Part shown: positions 8,644 through 18,228 of the stretch, in pieces | Layout: every line of letters starts with the position of its first letter | Position numbering within the stretch: position 1 is the stretch's first letter | Assembly (NCBI GenBank): GCA_017412675.1 | Contig: JAFPWV010000061.1 | Location: forward strand, 4,197 to 68,196 | Source of the DNA: Clostridia bacterium | GTDB taxonomy: Bacteria > Bacillota > Clostridia > Oscillospirales > CAG-272 | Length of the DNA: 64,000 bases | Direction: 5' to 3' | Notes under the pieces: model-generated | What the model saw: only the letters and a program-made list of their open reading frames with translations | The model's database searches: none | Told to the model about the DNA's origin: nothing | Made by a program: the position numbers and the translations under genes

Positions 8644-9183
8644 TCATCCTTTCGTCGCCTCATTGCCGAGGCTGCGCGCCGTCCGGCGCTTCTCGTATTC
8701 TCTGACGTACGGCCGCTCGATGAGCCGCTTCGCGCGGAAGAACAAGGTCGTCTTGTCCTTGATCGGCGGGACGATGTAGACCCGCATCCCGGCGCGTCGT
8801 CCGGCGGCGCAGTCCGTGAGGAGCTGATCGCCGAGCAGGAGCGATTCGTCCGGGTCCGCGCCCGCGTCTTCCATCGCTTGCCGGAGCACGCCGATCAGGG
8901 GCTTCCGCGCTTTCGGATAGGCCGGGCATCCGAGCGGTGCGGCGAATCTCTCGACCCGGGAGGCGTCGTTGTTCGAGACGAAGATCACCCGGATCCCCGC
9001 CTCCTCCATCGCCCGGATCCAGGCGGTGACGTTGTCCGGCGGCTCGGGATCGTCGTAAGTCGCGAGGGTGTTGTCGATGTCCGAGAAGATGAACCGGATC
9101 CCGGCTTCCCGGAGCGCTTCGGGCGTCACGTCCCGGAACGAAGGGAACATGATGTCCGGGAGGAGCCAATGCTCGAAGATCAT
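8644..9183 (-). CDS. YqeG-family HAD-IIIA phosphatase
   Basis: 179 aa. SDIDNTL (DxDxT), VSNN and GDQLLTD motifs. Its start overlaps the upstream stop (ATGA). Confidence 0.75.
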   Translation of the reverse strand: MIFEHWLLPDIMFPSFRDVTPEALREAGIRFIFSDIDNTLATYDDPEPPDNVTAWIRAMEEAGIRVIFVSNNDASRVERFAAPLGCPAYPKARKPLIGVLRQAMEDAGADPDESLLLGDQLLTDCAAGRRAGMRVYIVPPIKDKTTLFFRAKRLIERPYVREYEKRRTARSLGNEATKG

Positions 9184-10409
9184 GCGCCCTCCCGTCTGCG
9201 GATCGCGCGGATCCTCTCTGCCGTCGTCGGATGATCGTATTCGAGAGCGACGATCACGGGGTGCGGATTCAGATCGCTGAAATTGTCCTTCGAGAGCTTT
9301 TTCAGCGCGGAGATCAGCTCTTCCCCATAGCCCGCTTCCGCCGCGTTTGTGTCCGCTTTGTATTCAAACGCCCTCGCCATCGCCGCGCGGGGGATCATCA
9401 AGACCGCCGTCACGGGTCCGAGGATCACCGCCTGCATCGCAAGGAGGCCGAAGATCACGCTCACCCCGTCGAAGCCGTATTCCACGGACAGCGCGGGCGT
9501 CGCGGCGAACCAGACAATGAGCCCGGTGACCGCCGCCATGAGCAGGATGCTGTACGCCGTGCTCTTCAGCGTGTCGCGGCGCTTGTAGTGACCGAGCTCG
9601 TGGGCGAAGACCGCCGTGATCTCGCGGGGCGTATAGCCGTTCACGAGATTGTCGTACAGCACGATCTTCTTGAACCGTCCAAGCCCGGAGCAGAAGGCGT
9701 TGACCTTGGTCGTCCGCCGCGAGGCGTCCATGACGTAGATGTTTTCGAGCTCATACCCGGACGCCCGGAAGAGCGCGGTCAGGCCGTCCCGCAGCTCGCC
9801 GTCCTCCAGCACGGTGAACTTGTTGTACAGCCGCTGGAAGGTCGTCGCCAGCATCGAGATGACGAGCACGAACGCCGAGAGCGCGAGAAAGACGATCCAG
9901 AAGCCCCTGACCCCGAACCGGCCGTAGACGAACGCGACGCAGAAATAGAAGAGAGCGTTCAAAACGAGGTTCACGAGGAAATCCGTGATCTCGTCGCGGA
10001 GAAAGGTCCCCGCGGTGCTCTTGTTGAAGCCGTACTTCCCTTCGATCCTGATCGAGCGGATCCAGTCGAAGGGGACGGAGAGGATGCTCGTCAGCGCGGT
10101 GAAGAGGAGCAAAAGGAGCAGGGATTTCACGATCTCGCCGCCCGGGAGACCGGCATGGACCTTCGAGAGGACGTTCGTGCCGAAGAGACCGCAGAGCACG
10201 GCGAAATCGAAGACGCGCTCGATCACGCCGACGGTCCGTTTTTCGGCGGAGTAGTCGAGCCACCGGGCGTATTCGTCCGCGTCGTAGATGTCCGAGACCT
10301 CGGCTGGCAGGGGCTTTCCCCGCTGGGACGCCGCGAGGATCGAGAGGATGAGATCGTAGAGCAGATGGATCGTCAAGACGGCGATAAAAAGATAGTGATA
10401 CATTTTCAT
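9180..10409 (-). CDS. M48 family zinc metallopeptidase (Ste24/HtpX-like), membrane
   Basis: Multi-pass N-terminal half, HELGHYKRRD (HExxH) and a C-terminal DHPTTAERI motif. Confidence 0.8.
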   Translation of the reverse strand: MKMYHYLFIAVLTIHLLYDLILSILAASQRGKPLPAEVSDIYDADEYARWLDYSAEKRTVGVIERVFDFAVLCGLFGTNVLSKVHAGLPGGEIVKSLLLLLLFTALTSILSVPFDWIRSIRIEGKYGFNKSTAGTFLRDEITDFLVNLVLNALFYFCVAFVYGRFGVRGFWIVFLALSAFVLVISMLATTFQRLYNKFTVLEDGELRDGLTALFRASGYELENIYVMDASRRTTKVNAFCSGLGRFKKIVLYDNLVNGYTPREITAVFAHELGHYKRRDTLKSTAYSILLMAAVTGLIVWFAATPALSVEYGFDGVSVIFGLLAMQAVILGPVTAVLMIPRAAMARAFEYKADTNAAEAGYGEELISALKKLSKDNFSDLNPHPVIVALEYDHPTTAERIRAIRRREGA

Positions 10410-10515
10410 CAAAAATCAGAGATCGGAGGTGCGGCAACAATCGCCACTCGGATCGCAAAAACAAGCAGGGACGGAACGGATCGTTCGTCCGCCCCGCCCC
10501 CGCGGATGGTCACGC

Positions 10516-11502
10516 TTATTCGATGACTTCGATTTCGTTGTTCTCGTCGCCCTTGTAGGCGTTTTCGAGCAGCTCGGTGAGCGCGATGGCGTCGTCAATG
10601 CCGAGATCTGCGGGAGAGCCGGTCCCGTTCGCAACGGCATCGAGGAACTGCATCAGCGGCGCGGGCTTGCCTTCCGGGAGATTGGGCTTGAAGAAGCCGT
10701 TGTGGATGTCGCGGTACTTCGCGCTCTGGAACTGGACGTCCTCGCCGTGGGAGATCAGGGAGCCTTCGGTGCCGTAGATCTCGAGGGTCTGCGGGGAGCC
10801 TGCGGAGATGAAGCCGGTTTCCGCCACGCCGAGCGCACCGTCCGCGAATTCCGCGATGGCGACCGCGTTCTCGTCGACGGGCTTGCCGTACGGCGCGGTG
10901 AACATGCCGGTGACTCTCTTCGGCTTGCCGAGGAAGTACGCGAGCAGGTACATCGGATGGCAGCCGAGGTCCATCATCGCACCGCCTGCCGCCGCGCTCT
11001 TATCGAACCAGTAGTCCGGGAGCCAGTTGCCGGAGACGCCGTTGTGCGCGTCGCGGGTGCGGACCAGCGTGATCTTGCCGAACGCGCCTTCTTCGATCAT
11101 TTTCTTTGCGAAGCGGACCGACGGGCGGCCTCTCTGCGGGTAGCTGATGACGAAGGTGACGCCCGCTTCTTCGACGGCCTTTTTGACGTCAAGGCATTCC
11201 GCCACAGTCGGCGCGAGCGCCTTTTCCGTGAAGATGTGCTTGCCTGCCTTTGCTGCTTTGACGAGGATGTCGCGGTGTGCGGTGGTGGGCGCGTCGCAGA
11301 TCACGGCGTCGATGTCGTCTCTTGCGAGAAGAGCGTCAAGATCGGCGATGAATTCCGCGCCGAGCTCCTTGGCCCACGCTTCGCCGCGCGCTTTGTCGTC
11401 ATCCCAGACGGCGACGATTTCGGCCTTGCCGCTGCCCTTGACCATGCCGGCATATCCGCCCGCATGTACGTGCCACTTGGAAAGCATTGCAACTCTTACC
11501 AT
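10516..11502 (-). CDS. Gfo/Idh/MocA family oxidoreductase
   Basis: 328 aa. N-terminal Rossmann segment, EKALAPT motif, GGAGGA Shine-Dalgarno sequence. Confidence 0.75.
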   Translation of the reverse strand: MVRVAMLSKWHVHAGGYAGMVKGSGKAEIVAVWDDDKARGEAWAKELGAEFIADLDALLARDDIDAVICDAPTTAHRDILVKAAKAGKHIFTEKALAPTVAECLDVKKAVEEAGVTFVISYPQRGRPSVRFAKKMIEEGAFGKITLVRTRDAHNGVSGNWLPDYWFDKSAAAGGAMMDLGCHPMYLLAYFLGKPKRVTGMFTAPYGKPVDENAVAIAEFADGALGVAETGFISAGSPQTLEIYGTEGSLISHGEDVQFQSAKYRDIHNGFFKPNLPEGKPAPLMQFLDAVANGTGSPADLGIDDAIALTELLENAYKGDENNEIEVIE

Positions 11503-11548
11503 GGTGAGATCCTCCGTATATGTGATTTAAAATGCGTTCGATTTTCCG

Positions 11549-12289
11549 TCACCGGGCGTTCGCCTCGATGAAGTCGGCGAAGCGGGCCGGGTTCTTCGGG
11601 CCGTGCGGATGATGGCCCTGACCGGGCTTGCCTTCTACCCAGAGCGGGATGCCCGCCTCCCGGTAGGCCCTCTCCAGCGCGATCCCGTTCTCCGCGTACG
11701 GCACCGTGAGGTCGTCGAGACCGTAGATCAGCGCCGCAGGGATGCGTTCCCGCACGAGGACCGGGATCATGTCGATCGGGTGCTTCCGGTAGAGGAGCAG
11801 CTCGGAGACGCTCCCGAACCCGAAGGCGTCGACCAGTTCCTTCCAGCCGTTCTCCCCGCCGAGCGCCTCGCCGATCCCGAAGCCCATCGGGCAGGAGTAG
11901 AGATTCATCACCGGCGCATCGAGATCGAGGAAGGAGACCTTGTCCGGGTATTTCGCTGCAAACGAGACCGAGCAGATCCCGCCGCAGCTCATGCCGACGC
12001 ACGCGAAGCGGTCCTCGAGGCCGAATTCGGCAGCCATGAAATCCGCGAAGCGCGCCTTGGCGTCCGAGTCGACGTCGGTGCCCCAGCGGTTGACGTTTCT
12101 CAGATATGCGAGGCACCACCCGCGGGAGAGGAGCTCGAGCTCCAGATCGGGAAACGCCCCGAAGTACTCCATTTTCACGGCCCAGCGCCCACATTGCTCC
12201 CCCTTCGGAAGGACGACGAGCGCGTCGCGGTCCTCGAAGCGGAAGTCCCGGCGGGGATAGCCGAACCATTCAGAAGACGTGAATTCCAT
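11549..12289 (-). CDS. alpha/beta hydrolase (esterase)
   Basis: 246 aa. Nucleophile elbow GMSCGG (GxSxG). C-terminal GQGHHPH region. Confidence 0.65.
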   Translation of the reverse strand: MEFTSSEWFGYPRRDFRFEDRDALVVLPKGEQCGRWAVKMEYFGAFPDLELELLSRGWCLAYLRNVNRWGTDVDSDAKARFADFMAAEFGLEDRFACVGMSCGGICSVSFAAKYPDKVSFLDLDAPVMNLYSCPMGFGIGEALGGENGWKELVDAFGFGSVSELLLYRKHPIDMIPVLVRERIPAALIYGLDDLTVPYAENGIALERAYREAGIPLWVEGKPGQGHHPHGPKNPARFADFIEANAR

Positions 12290-12373
12290 AAACCCCTCCG
12301 CGTTCTTTTTCCGGATACAGTATAGCAGTTTTCAGAGGCGAAGTCAAGAGATTCCCGTGAATTTCAGGGATCC

Positions 12374-12410
12374 GAAAAAAGAGAAATCCGCCCCCGAAGG
12401 AACGGATTCT
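12374..12410 (-). terminator. intrinsic terminator after the SPFH gene
   Basis: On the minus strand, stem AGAATCCG/CGGATTTCT followed by CTTTTTTCGG. Confidence 0.65.
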
Positions 12411-12423
12411 GCTTGCTTCTGCC

Positions 12424-13452
12424 TTATTTGCCGAGCTTCTCGTCGGTCGCGCGGCGGATCGCGTCGTAGTTGTTGCCCGCGTAGTCGCCGGGCTCCTTCG
12501 TCTTGTCGAAGCACCCGGATTCGGGAGCGGGATCGACGTGCGCTTCGGGTTCCGTGACCGCGCCGCCGAGGGACGCCGTTTCGGAGAAGGTCACGGACTT
12601 CTTGACCATATCGACCATATCAGTGGGGATGATAATCTTGGCCGCGCGGCCGTCCGCGATCTTCTGCATGGCCTCGAACTGCTTCAGGCGCAGGACCGCG
12701 TCGTCGACACCGGCCGCCATCAGCTCTCTGAGACCGTCCGCCTCCGCCTTCTTTGCGAGGTACACGGCGCGCGCTTCGCCTTCAGCCCGTGCGATCCGGG
12801 CGTCGCGTTCGCCTTCCGCCTCGAGGACGACGGCGAGCTTGTGGCCTTCGGCTTCCTTGATGTCCGCTTCCTTGTGCGCTTCTGCGAGCAGGAGGGTCTC
12901 ACGCTTTTCGCGCTCCGCCTTCATCTGCTTTTCCATCGATTCCTGAATGCCCTTCGGCGGGATGATGTTTTTCAGCTCCACGCGGATGACCTTGATGCCC
13001 CACGGGTCGGTCGCGTCGTCGAGGATCAGCGCCATCTTCGAGTTGATCGCGTCGCGGGAGGTGAGCGTTTCGTCGAGCTCGAGCTCGCCCACCACGTTGC
13101 GCAGCGTCGTCGCGTTGAGGTTGTCGAGCGCGTTGACCGGGTTGATCGCGCCGTAGGTGAAGAGCATCGGGTTGAACACGCGGAAGTACACCACCGCGTC
13201 GATCTGCATGGTGACGTTGTCCTTCGTGATGACGGGCTGCGGCGGGGCGTCGAGGACCTGCTCCTTCAGGGTCACGCGCTTGGCGATGCGCTCGAGGAGC
13301 GGGATCTTCAAGTGGATGCCGGCCTCCCATGTGGTCTTGTATTTGCCGAGGAATTCGATGACGTATGCCTCGCTCTGGGGGACAATGCGCAGGTTCGCGG
13401 CGATGAGCCAGACGATGAGCGCGCCGAGGATGATCCAGGGAAGATATTGCAT
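12424..13452 (-). CDS. SPFH/band-7 (stomatin/prohibitin-like) membrane protein
   Basis: 342 aa. N-terminal TM helix, SPFH core and a charged coiled-coil EA-rich region. Confidence 0.85.
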   Translation of the reverse strand: MQYLPWIILGALIVWLIAANLRIVPQSEAYVIEFLGKYKTTWEAGIHLKIPLLERIAKRVTLKEQVLDAPPQPVITKDNVTMQIDAVVYFRVFNPMLFTYGAINPVNALDNLNATTLRNVVGELELDETLTSRDAINSKMALILDDATDPWGIKVIRVELKNIIPPKGIQESMEKQMKAEREKRETLLLAEAHKEADIKEAEGHKLAVVLEAEGERDARIARAEGEARAVYLAKKAEADGLRELMAAGVDDAVLRLKQFEAMQKIADGRAAKIIIPTDMVDMVKKSVTFSETASLGGAVTEPEAHVDPAPESGCFDKTKEPGDYAGNNYDAIRRATDEKLGK

Positions 13453-13555
13453 GATACTCTCCTTTCGTTTTTCAAAAGGGCCGTATGCTTACCGGAAACA
13501 GTATACCACAAACGGCCCGCGTACACAAGGGTTCTCACGGATTTTTCATGGGGAT

Positions 13556-14092
13556 TTAATCTGATACGGTCACCGTCAGCAACTCGCTACCCTCCGCGTC
13601 GAGAAACGTAAATGCCGTGCAGCCCGCATCGTATTCGCGCAGGAACGGATAGGCGCTGTATGGAATCTGTTCATAAGAATTGCAATGCTCCGTCCCGTCC
13701 GCATCCGTCCAGCGCATGCCCCGCACATCGGTATTGTTGATGCAGAACACGACCCGCCCGTCCCATTCGAGCATCGCAACATCCTTCATACATATGATCG
13801 CCTGATAGCTCCGAGAATATGTATATTTCCATGCCGGCCCCACCCGTTCGCACTCCATCGGGAAGTAGGTATGGTCCTCGTGCTCATCCCCGGATACGAC
13901 CCAATGCAGGGCGGCAGTCGAAGATCCGCGTATACATCCGGCATACTGCATCACGGCACGGTCGGCGTTCTCAATCGGCATGACCTCCCGCGCTTTCCGG
14001 ATGAAATCCGCGTCGCTTTTCAATGTTTTCTGACAGCCGACGAGGGCTGCTGCCATGAGAATGACGAGCAAAAGAGCGATCGTTTTTTTCAC
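13556..14092 (-). CDS. hypothetical lipoprotein
   Basis: GTG start preceded by AAAGGAG. VKKTIALLLVILMAAALVGCQ is a lipoprotein signal. The longer ORF in the track has an implausible Arg/His-rich N-terminus. Confidence 0.55.
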   Translation of the reverse strand: MKKTIALLLVILMAAALVGCQKTLKSDADFIRKAREVMPIENADRAVMQYAGCIRGSSTAALHWVVSGDEHEDHTYFPMECERVGPAWKYTYSRSYQAIICMKDVAMLEWDGRVVFCINNTDVRGMRWTDADGTEHCNSYEQIPYSAYPFLREYDAGCTAFTFLDAEGSELLTVTVSD

Positions 14093-14202
14093 AGAGCGTT
14101 CTCCTTTCCCGTTATAGATTGTCACAGTCGTTCCGTCATGATTGACTTCTCGATTTCCTCGAAAAGATCGCTCCCCTCCGCTCCGTGCGGGACGGTGCTC
14201 TT

Positions 14203-15165
14203 TCATGTACCGCTCCCCGCCCCGGCATGTCGGATGCGTGACCAGACGAGATCGGACACCTGCGAGAAGACGATCGCCGTGAACATCAGGGCGCAGCCGA
14301 GCGTCTCCCGTCCGCTCATGCGGTCGCCGAGGATGATGGCCGCGGAGATGACGCCGAAGACCGATTCCATGCACATCGCGAGGGACGCGACGGTCGCTTC
14401 GGCGTATTTCTGCCCGATCACCTGAAGCGTGAACGCGATGCCGCAGCTCATGACGCCCGAATAGAGGAGCGGAAAGATGACGGCGTTGATGTCCGTGAGG
14501 TTCGGGGACTCGAAGAGAAACATCATGAGGCAGGAGACCACACCGCTCACGGTGAACTGCGTGAAGGAGAGCGTGATCCCGTCCGTGTCCGCGGCAAAGT
14601 GCTCGACCGTCAGAATGTGGACGGCGTAGGCGATGGCGCAGAGGAGGGCGAGGAAGTCCCCGCGGTTGATGTTCCAGGGCTCGGCAGGATCGATCGAGAG
14701 GAAGTACAGGCCGATGAAGCCGACGGAGACGCAGATCCAGACGAGCGGGTTCGGCCTCTTGCCGATCACCAGCCCGAAGAGCGGGACGAAAAACATGTAG
14801 AGCGCCGTGATGAAGGCGATCTTCCCGGCGGTCGTGTCGTTGAACGCAAACTGCTGGAGATTGCTCGCGATGAAGAGGAGCACCCCGACGATGAGCCCGC
14901 TCTTCACGGACCGGACGGTCTTCGCGCGGCGCGCCGCTCTTTCATCGTCGTCGAGGCCGCGGCCGAAGAGTGTGCGGCGGAGGAAGAGATAGATGAGCAG
15001 CACCCCCGCGCCCATGAGCGTGCGGATGCCGTTGAAGGTGAAGGCTTCGATCCGCTCCATTCCCTGGCTCTGGGCGACGAAGGACGTTCCCCAGATCGTG
15101 GAAGCAAACAGCAGAATCAGCGCTCCCTTGACGTTGGAGCGCGCTTTTTCGGATCCCGATGACAT
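14203..15165 (-). CDS. DMT superfamily (EamA) transporter
   Basis: Trimmed to MSSGSEKARS. About 10 TM segments in two EamA-like halves. Confidence 0.75.
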   Translation of the reverse strand: MSSGSEKARSNVKGALILLFASTIWGTSFVAQSQGMERIEAFTFNGIRTLMGAGVLLIYLFLRRTLFGRGLDDDERAARRAKTVRSVKSGLIVGVLLFIASNLQQFAFNDTTAGKIAFITALYMFFVPLFGLVIGKRPNPLVWICVSVGFIGLYFLSIDPAEPWNINRGDFLALLCAIAYAVHILTVEHFAADTDGITLSFTQFTVSGVVSCLMMFLFESPNLTDINAVIFPLLYSGVMSCGIAFTLQVIGQKYAEATVASLAMCMESVFGVISAAIILGDRMSGRETLGCALMFTAIVFSQVSDLVWSRIRHAGAGSGT

Positions 15166-15202
15166 AGATACCTCGTGTGGTTTTTTGGATGAAAACCGGA
15201 TT

Positions 15203-15829
15203 TCAAACGAACGAATCAAGATACGGACCGATCTCGAACGCCTCGAGCTTCGCGTCCTTTTTCAGATAGAGCGGATGATGCGGGTGGCCGCCGTTCTTCG
15301 AGCGCGCGCCGCAGGTGAACCATCTCGCCCCCCGCGCCTCGCCGATTTTGGCCATGTCCCGCACGCAGTCCGCGAGATACGCGCGTTTTTTGATGATCGT
15401 GCCCCAGGCCGCCCAGACGTCGGGAGGATTTCCCCCGGCTGACGCGAGGTCGCAGAGATAGGCGAAAGCCTTCATGTTCTCCCGGTGCAGGCGGAGGTTG
15501 CACACCCGCTCCATGTCGTCCGGGTCCGTCGCGCGCTCGGCGTAGACGTTGAACATGAGAAAGCTGTCGTACCCGTTGCCGCGGGCGATCCGTTCGACGG
15601 ACTGCAGCGTGTTGTCGAGGGCGTCCGGCGCGGCGGTCGAGGGGTTGATCCCCACGGCGATGAGCGGATGGCTGCCGCGCGTGCCGAGGATGTACCGGTA
15701 CTCCGAATAGAAATCCGGGACGTAGAGCCATTTCCGGCGGTCATAAGCGGCGCTCTCGGACGTCACGAGCGCGTCCTCAAAGGTCAAGACCTCGATCGCG
15801 GAGGTGGGAGCGGCGGGAATATGGGGCAT
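15203..15829 (-). CDS. DUF1643 domain protein
   Basis: Start MPHIPAAP is preceded by GAGGAGG. AVGINPSTA...DNTL...YDSFLMFNVYA resembles the DUF1643 family. Function unknown. Confidence 0.55.
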   Translation of the reverse strand: MPHIPAAPTSAIEVLTFEDALVTSESAAYDRRKWLYVPDFYSEYRYILGTRGSHPLIAVGINPSTAAPDALDNTLQSVERIARGNGYDSFLMFNVYAERATDPDDMERVCNLRLHRENMKAFAYLCDLASAGGNPPDVWAAWGTIIKKRAYLADCVRDMAKIGEARGARWFTCGARSKNGGHPHHPLYLKKDAKLEAFEIGPYLDSFV

Positions 15830-15934
15830 GTCGGCCTCCTCAGTCGGAATTTGGAAAACCACACGATATTATAGCCGATTTCGGCGGATTTTGCAAGTCC
15901 GGCGCGTTTTTTCATCGGGATTTTTCTTTTTCTC

Positions 15935-15963
15935 TTGCCAAACGGCCGATTCTGTGCTATGAT
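15935..15963 (+). promoter_or_regulatory. SigA-type promoter
   Basis: TTGCCA, 17 nt, TATGAT. Confidence 0.5.
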
Positions 15964-15993
15964 AGAGAAAACAAATCCACAGGAGGATTGAAT

Positions 15994-16785
15994 ATGAAGA
16001 AAATCGCCCTCATCGTGCTGGTTCTTGCCGCCGCGATGCTGTTTACCGCACATGCCGCAGCGGACGCGCCCGTCGCACCCGCCGAGGTTGCCGCGGAACC
16101 TGCCGCCATCGTCTCGGAGGTCGGCCTCCGCCGTCTGCCCGTCACCTCCGCCATGGTCGAAGGCGCCGATGCCGGCCCGGTCACCGTTCTCTTCGACGGC
16201 CGCTCGGAACCCGCCATGGTCGTGGATCTGAAGGATTCCCCGGACCGCGTCTTCACCCTCACCACCTCCTCCGGCGTCCCGCAGACCCTCGCGGCCTTCG
16301 GCATCCTGACGGACGGTGCGCCCGGCGCCAAGATTACCCTCCGCGTCTTCGGCTCAAACGACAGCCTCCTCAAGGAGTGGACGCCCCTGCCGCTGATCCA
16401 GAGCGTCGGCGAACAGAACGGCTTCAAGATGTTCCACCTCGAAAAGACCGCGGCCGACTGGAAGGACGTCCCCGCCTACGCGTTCTACCGCTTTGAATTC
16501 ACCGCGGACTTCGGCGACGGTTCGGAGGCAACGTCCTACAACCTGCGCGAAGTGATCCTGCTCCGCCCGGAATCCGACGAACCCGACATGGTCTACGCGG
16601 TCGTGGACGCCGTCGAGCCCGGTGAGCTCCCGCCGCTCGTTCCGGCATCGGCTGCCGAAGAGGAAGCGCCCGCCGAAGAAGCTGAACCCGCCGAGGAACC
16701 CGCCCCGGCTCCCAGGTCCTGGAACAACTACAAGGACCGCGTCTACTTCGGTTCGCATATCTGCGGACTCGGAATGTTCCATTGA
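15994..16785 (+). CDS. secreted hypothetical protein
   Basis: ATG lies 7 nt after AGGAGG. Signal peptide MKKIALIVLVLAAAMLFTAHA. The central domain has no motif I recognise. Acidic Pro/Ala/Glu tail. Confidence 0.6.
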   Translation: MKKIALIVLVLAAAMLFTAHAAADAPVAPAEVAAEPAAIVSEVGLRRLPVTSAMVEGADAGPVTVLFDGRSEPAMVVDLKDSPDRVFTLTTSSGVPQTLAAFGILTDGAPGAKITLRVFGSNDSLLKEWTPLPLIQSVGEQNGFKMFHLEKTAADWKDVPAYAFYRFEFTADFGDGSEATSYNLREVILLRPESDEPDMVYAVVDAVEPGELPPLVPASAAEEEAPAEEAEPAEEPAPAPRSWNNYKDRVYFGSHICGLGMFH

Positions 16786-16824
16786 AGCGAACAGAAAAAA
16801 GTGAACCGTGAACGGTTGATGCTG

Positions 16825-16860
16825 AAAACCGCCCCTCGAAAAAGGGACGGTTTTCTTTCT
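16825..16860 (+). terminator. intrinsic terminator
   Basis: Stem ACCGCCCCT/AGGGACGGT (one mismatch) followed by TTTTCTTTCTT. Confidence 0.55.
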
Positions 16861-16884
16861 TCACGATTCACGATTCGTTGTTCT

Positions 16885-18228
16885 TTATTCGTTCTCTTCT
16901 TCCCTCTCCGGCCTCGTCACCAGCACGGTGAGCTTCGTGACGCGCATGTCGTCCATGGCGGAGACGACGACCGTGAGCGTGGTCGCGGGATCCTCCGGGT
17001 CCTCTTCTTCGCCCTCCTCGAGCGGGATGTCCCGGTACGTGTAGCTGTCGCCGACGTGCGGATCCGCGTCGAGCATTTCGATCGCCCAGCCGCCGACGGT
17101 GGAGTATTCGCACTCGAATTCCCGGGGCTCGAACTCGATCTCCGCGAAGAAATCGTCGATGTTCATGTCGCCCGAGACCTCGTACGTGTTCTCGCCCGTC
17201 TTGACGCAGGGATGGACGATCTCGTCCGATTCGTCCCAGATGTCGCCGACCAGCTCCTCGAGGATGTCCTCCATCGTGACCAGCCCGAGCGTGCCGCCGA
17301 ATTCGTCCACCACGATCGCGAGGTGGGTCTTGCGCTCGCGGAGCAGGGACAGTGCGGCGGGCAGCTTCATGGTCTTGTGGATGAACGAGGGCTTCATGAG
17401 GATCTCGCGCAGATCGAAGGGCGCGCCGTCGGCGGTGACTTTTTTGTAGTAGTGATTGAGGTACAGGATGCCGATGATGTTGTCGATGGAATCCTCGTAG
17501 ACCGGAAGGCGCGAATAGCGGGATTCGTCCACGAGCTTCTCGATCTCCTCCGGGCTGTCCGCGATGTCGAACGCCAGCATGTCGATGCGAGGCGTCATGA
17601 TCTCCTCGACGGTGGTGTCCCGGAAATCGATGGCGGACTGGAGCAGCTCGCTCTTTTCCTCGTCGATGACGCCCTCCTCCTCGACGGTCTCGATGATGGA
17701 GGAAAGCTCCTCCTCCGTGACGGTCGGCGCGTCCTCATCGTCCTTTCCCCAGAGACCGGAGAGCAGGTTGATGAGGCGCATGACGAGCCAGACGAGCGGA
17801 TAGAGGATCCAGGTCAGGATGCGGGTCGGCCAGGCGAAGATCCTGACGGCGGCGTCCGCGTTGTTGCGCGCGATGATCTTCGGCACGATCTCGCCGAAAA
17901 TCAGGATGATGAGCGTCATCACCACCGTCGACACGAGCGATGCCATGCCGTCGCTGTTCAGCGTCTTGAGCGAGAGAAGCAAATTCATCGCGATGACGGT
18001 CGCGGCGGTCGAGGCGGCGATGTTCGCGAGGTTGTTGCCGATGAGGATCGCGGAGAGCGCGGTCGTGAAGTCCTCGCTGATCTTGTAGGCCAGCGCGGCC
18101 GAACGGCTTCCGCCCTCTTCGGCGGCTTTCTTCAGGCGCAGCTTGTTCGAGGCGTTGAAGGAAATCTCCGACGCGGAAAAAAACGCGGAGAAGAGCACCA
18201 TCAGAATGATGATCAGAACATATCTCAT
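16885..18228 (-). CDS. CNNM/CorC-type transporter (DUF21-CBS pair-CorC_HlyC; 'hemolysin family')
   Basis: 447 aa. N-terminal 4-TM DUF21, a CBS pair and a C-terminal CorC domain. ATGA overlap with the upstream paralogue. Confidence 0.8.
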   Translation of the reverse strand: MRYVLIIILMVLFSAFFSASEISFNASNKLRLKKAAEEGGSRSAALAYKISEDFTTALSAILIGNNLANIAASTAATVIAMNLLLSLKTLNSDGMASLVSTVVMTLIILIFGEIVPKIIARNNADAAVRIFAWPTRILTWILYPLVWLVMRLINLLSGLWGKDDEDAPTVTEEELSSIIETVEEEGVIDEEKSELLQSAIDFRDTTVEEIMTPRIDMLAFDIADSPEEIEKLVDESRYSRLPVYEDSIDNIIGILYLNHYYKKVTADGAPFDLREILMKPSFIHKTMKLPAALSLLRERKTHLAIVVDEFGGTLGLVTMEDILEELVGDIWDESDEIVHPCVKTGENTYEVSGDMNIDDFFAEIEFEPREFECEYSTVGGWAIEMLDADPHVGDSYTYRDIPLEEGEEEDPEDPATTLTVVVSAMDDMRVTKLTVLVTRPEREEENE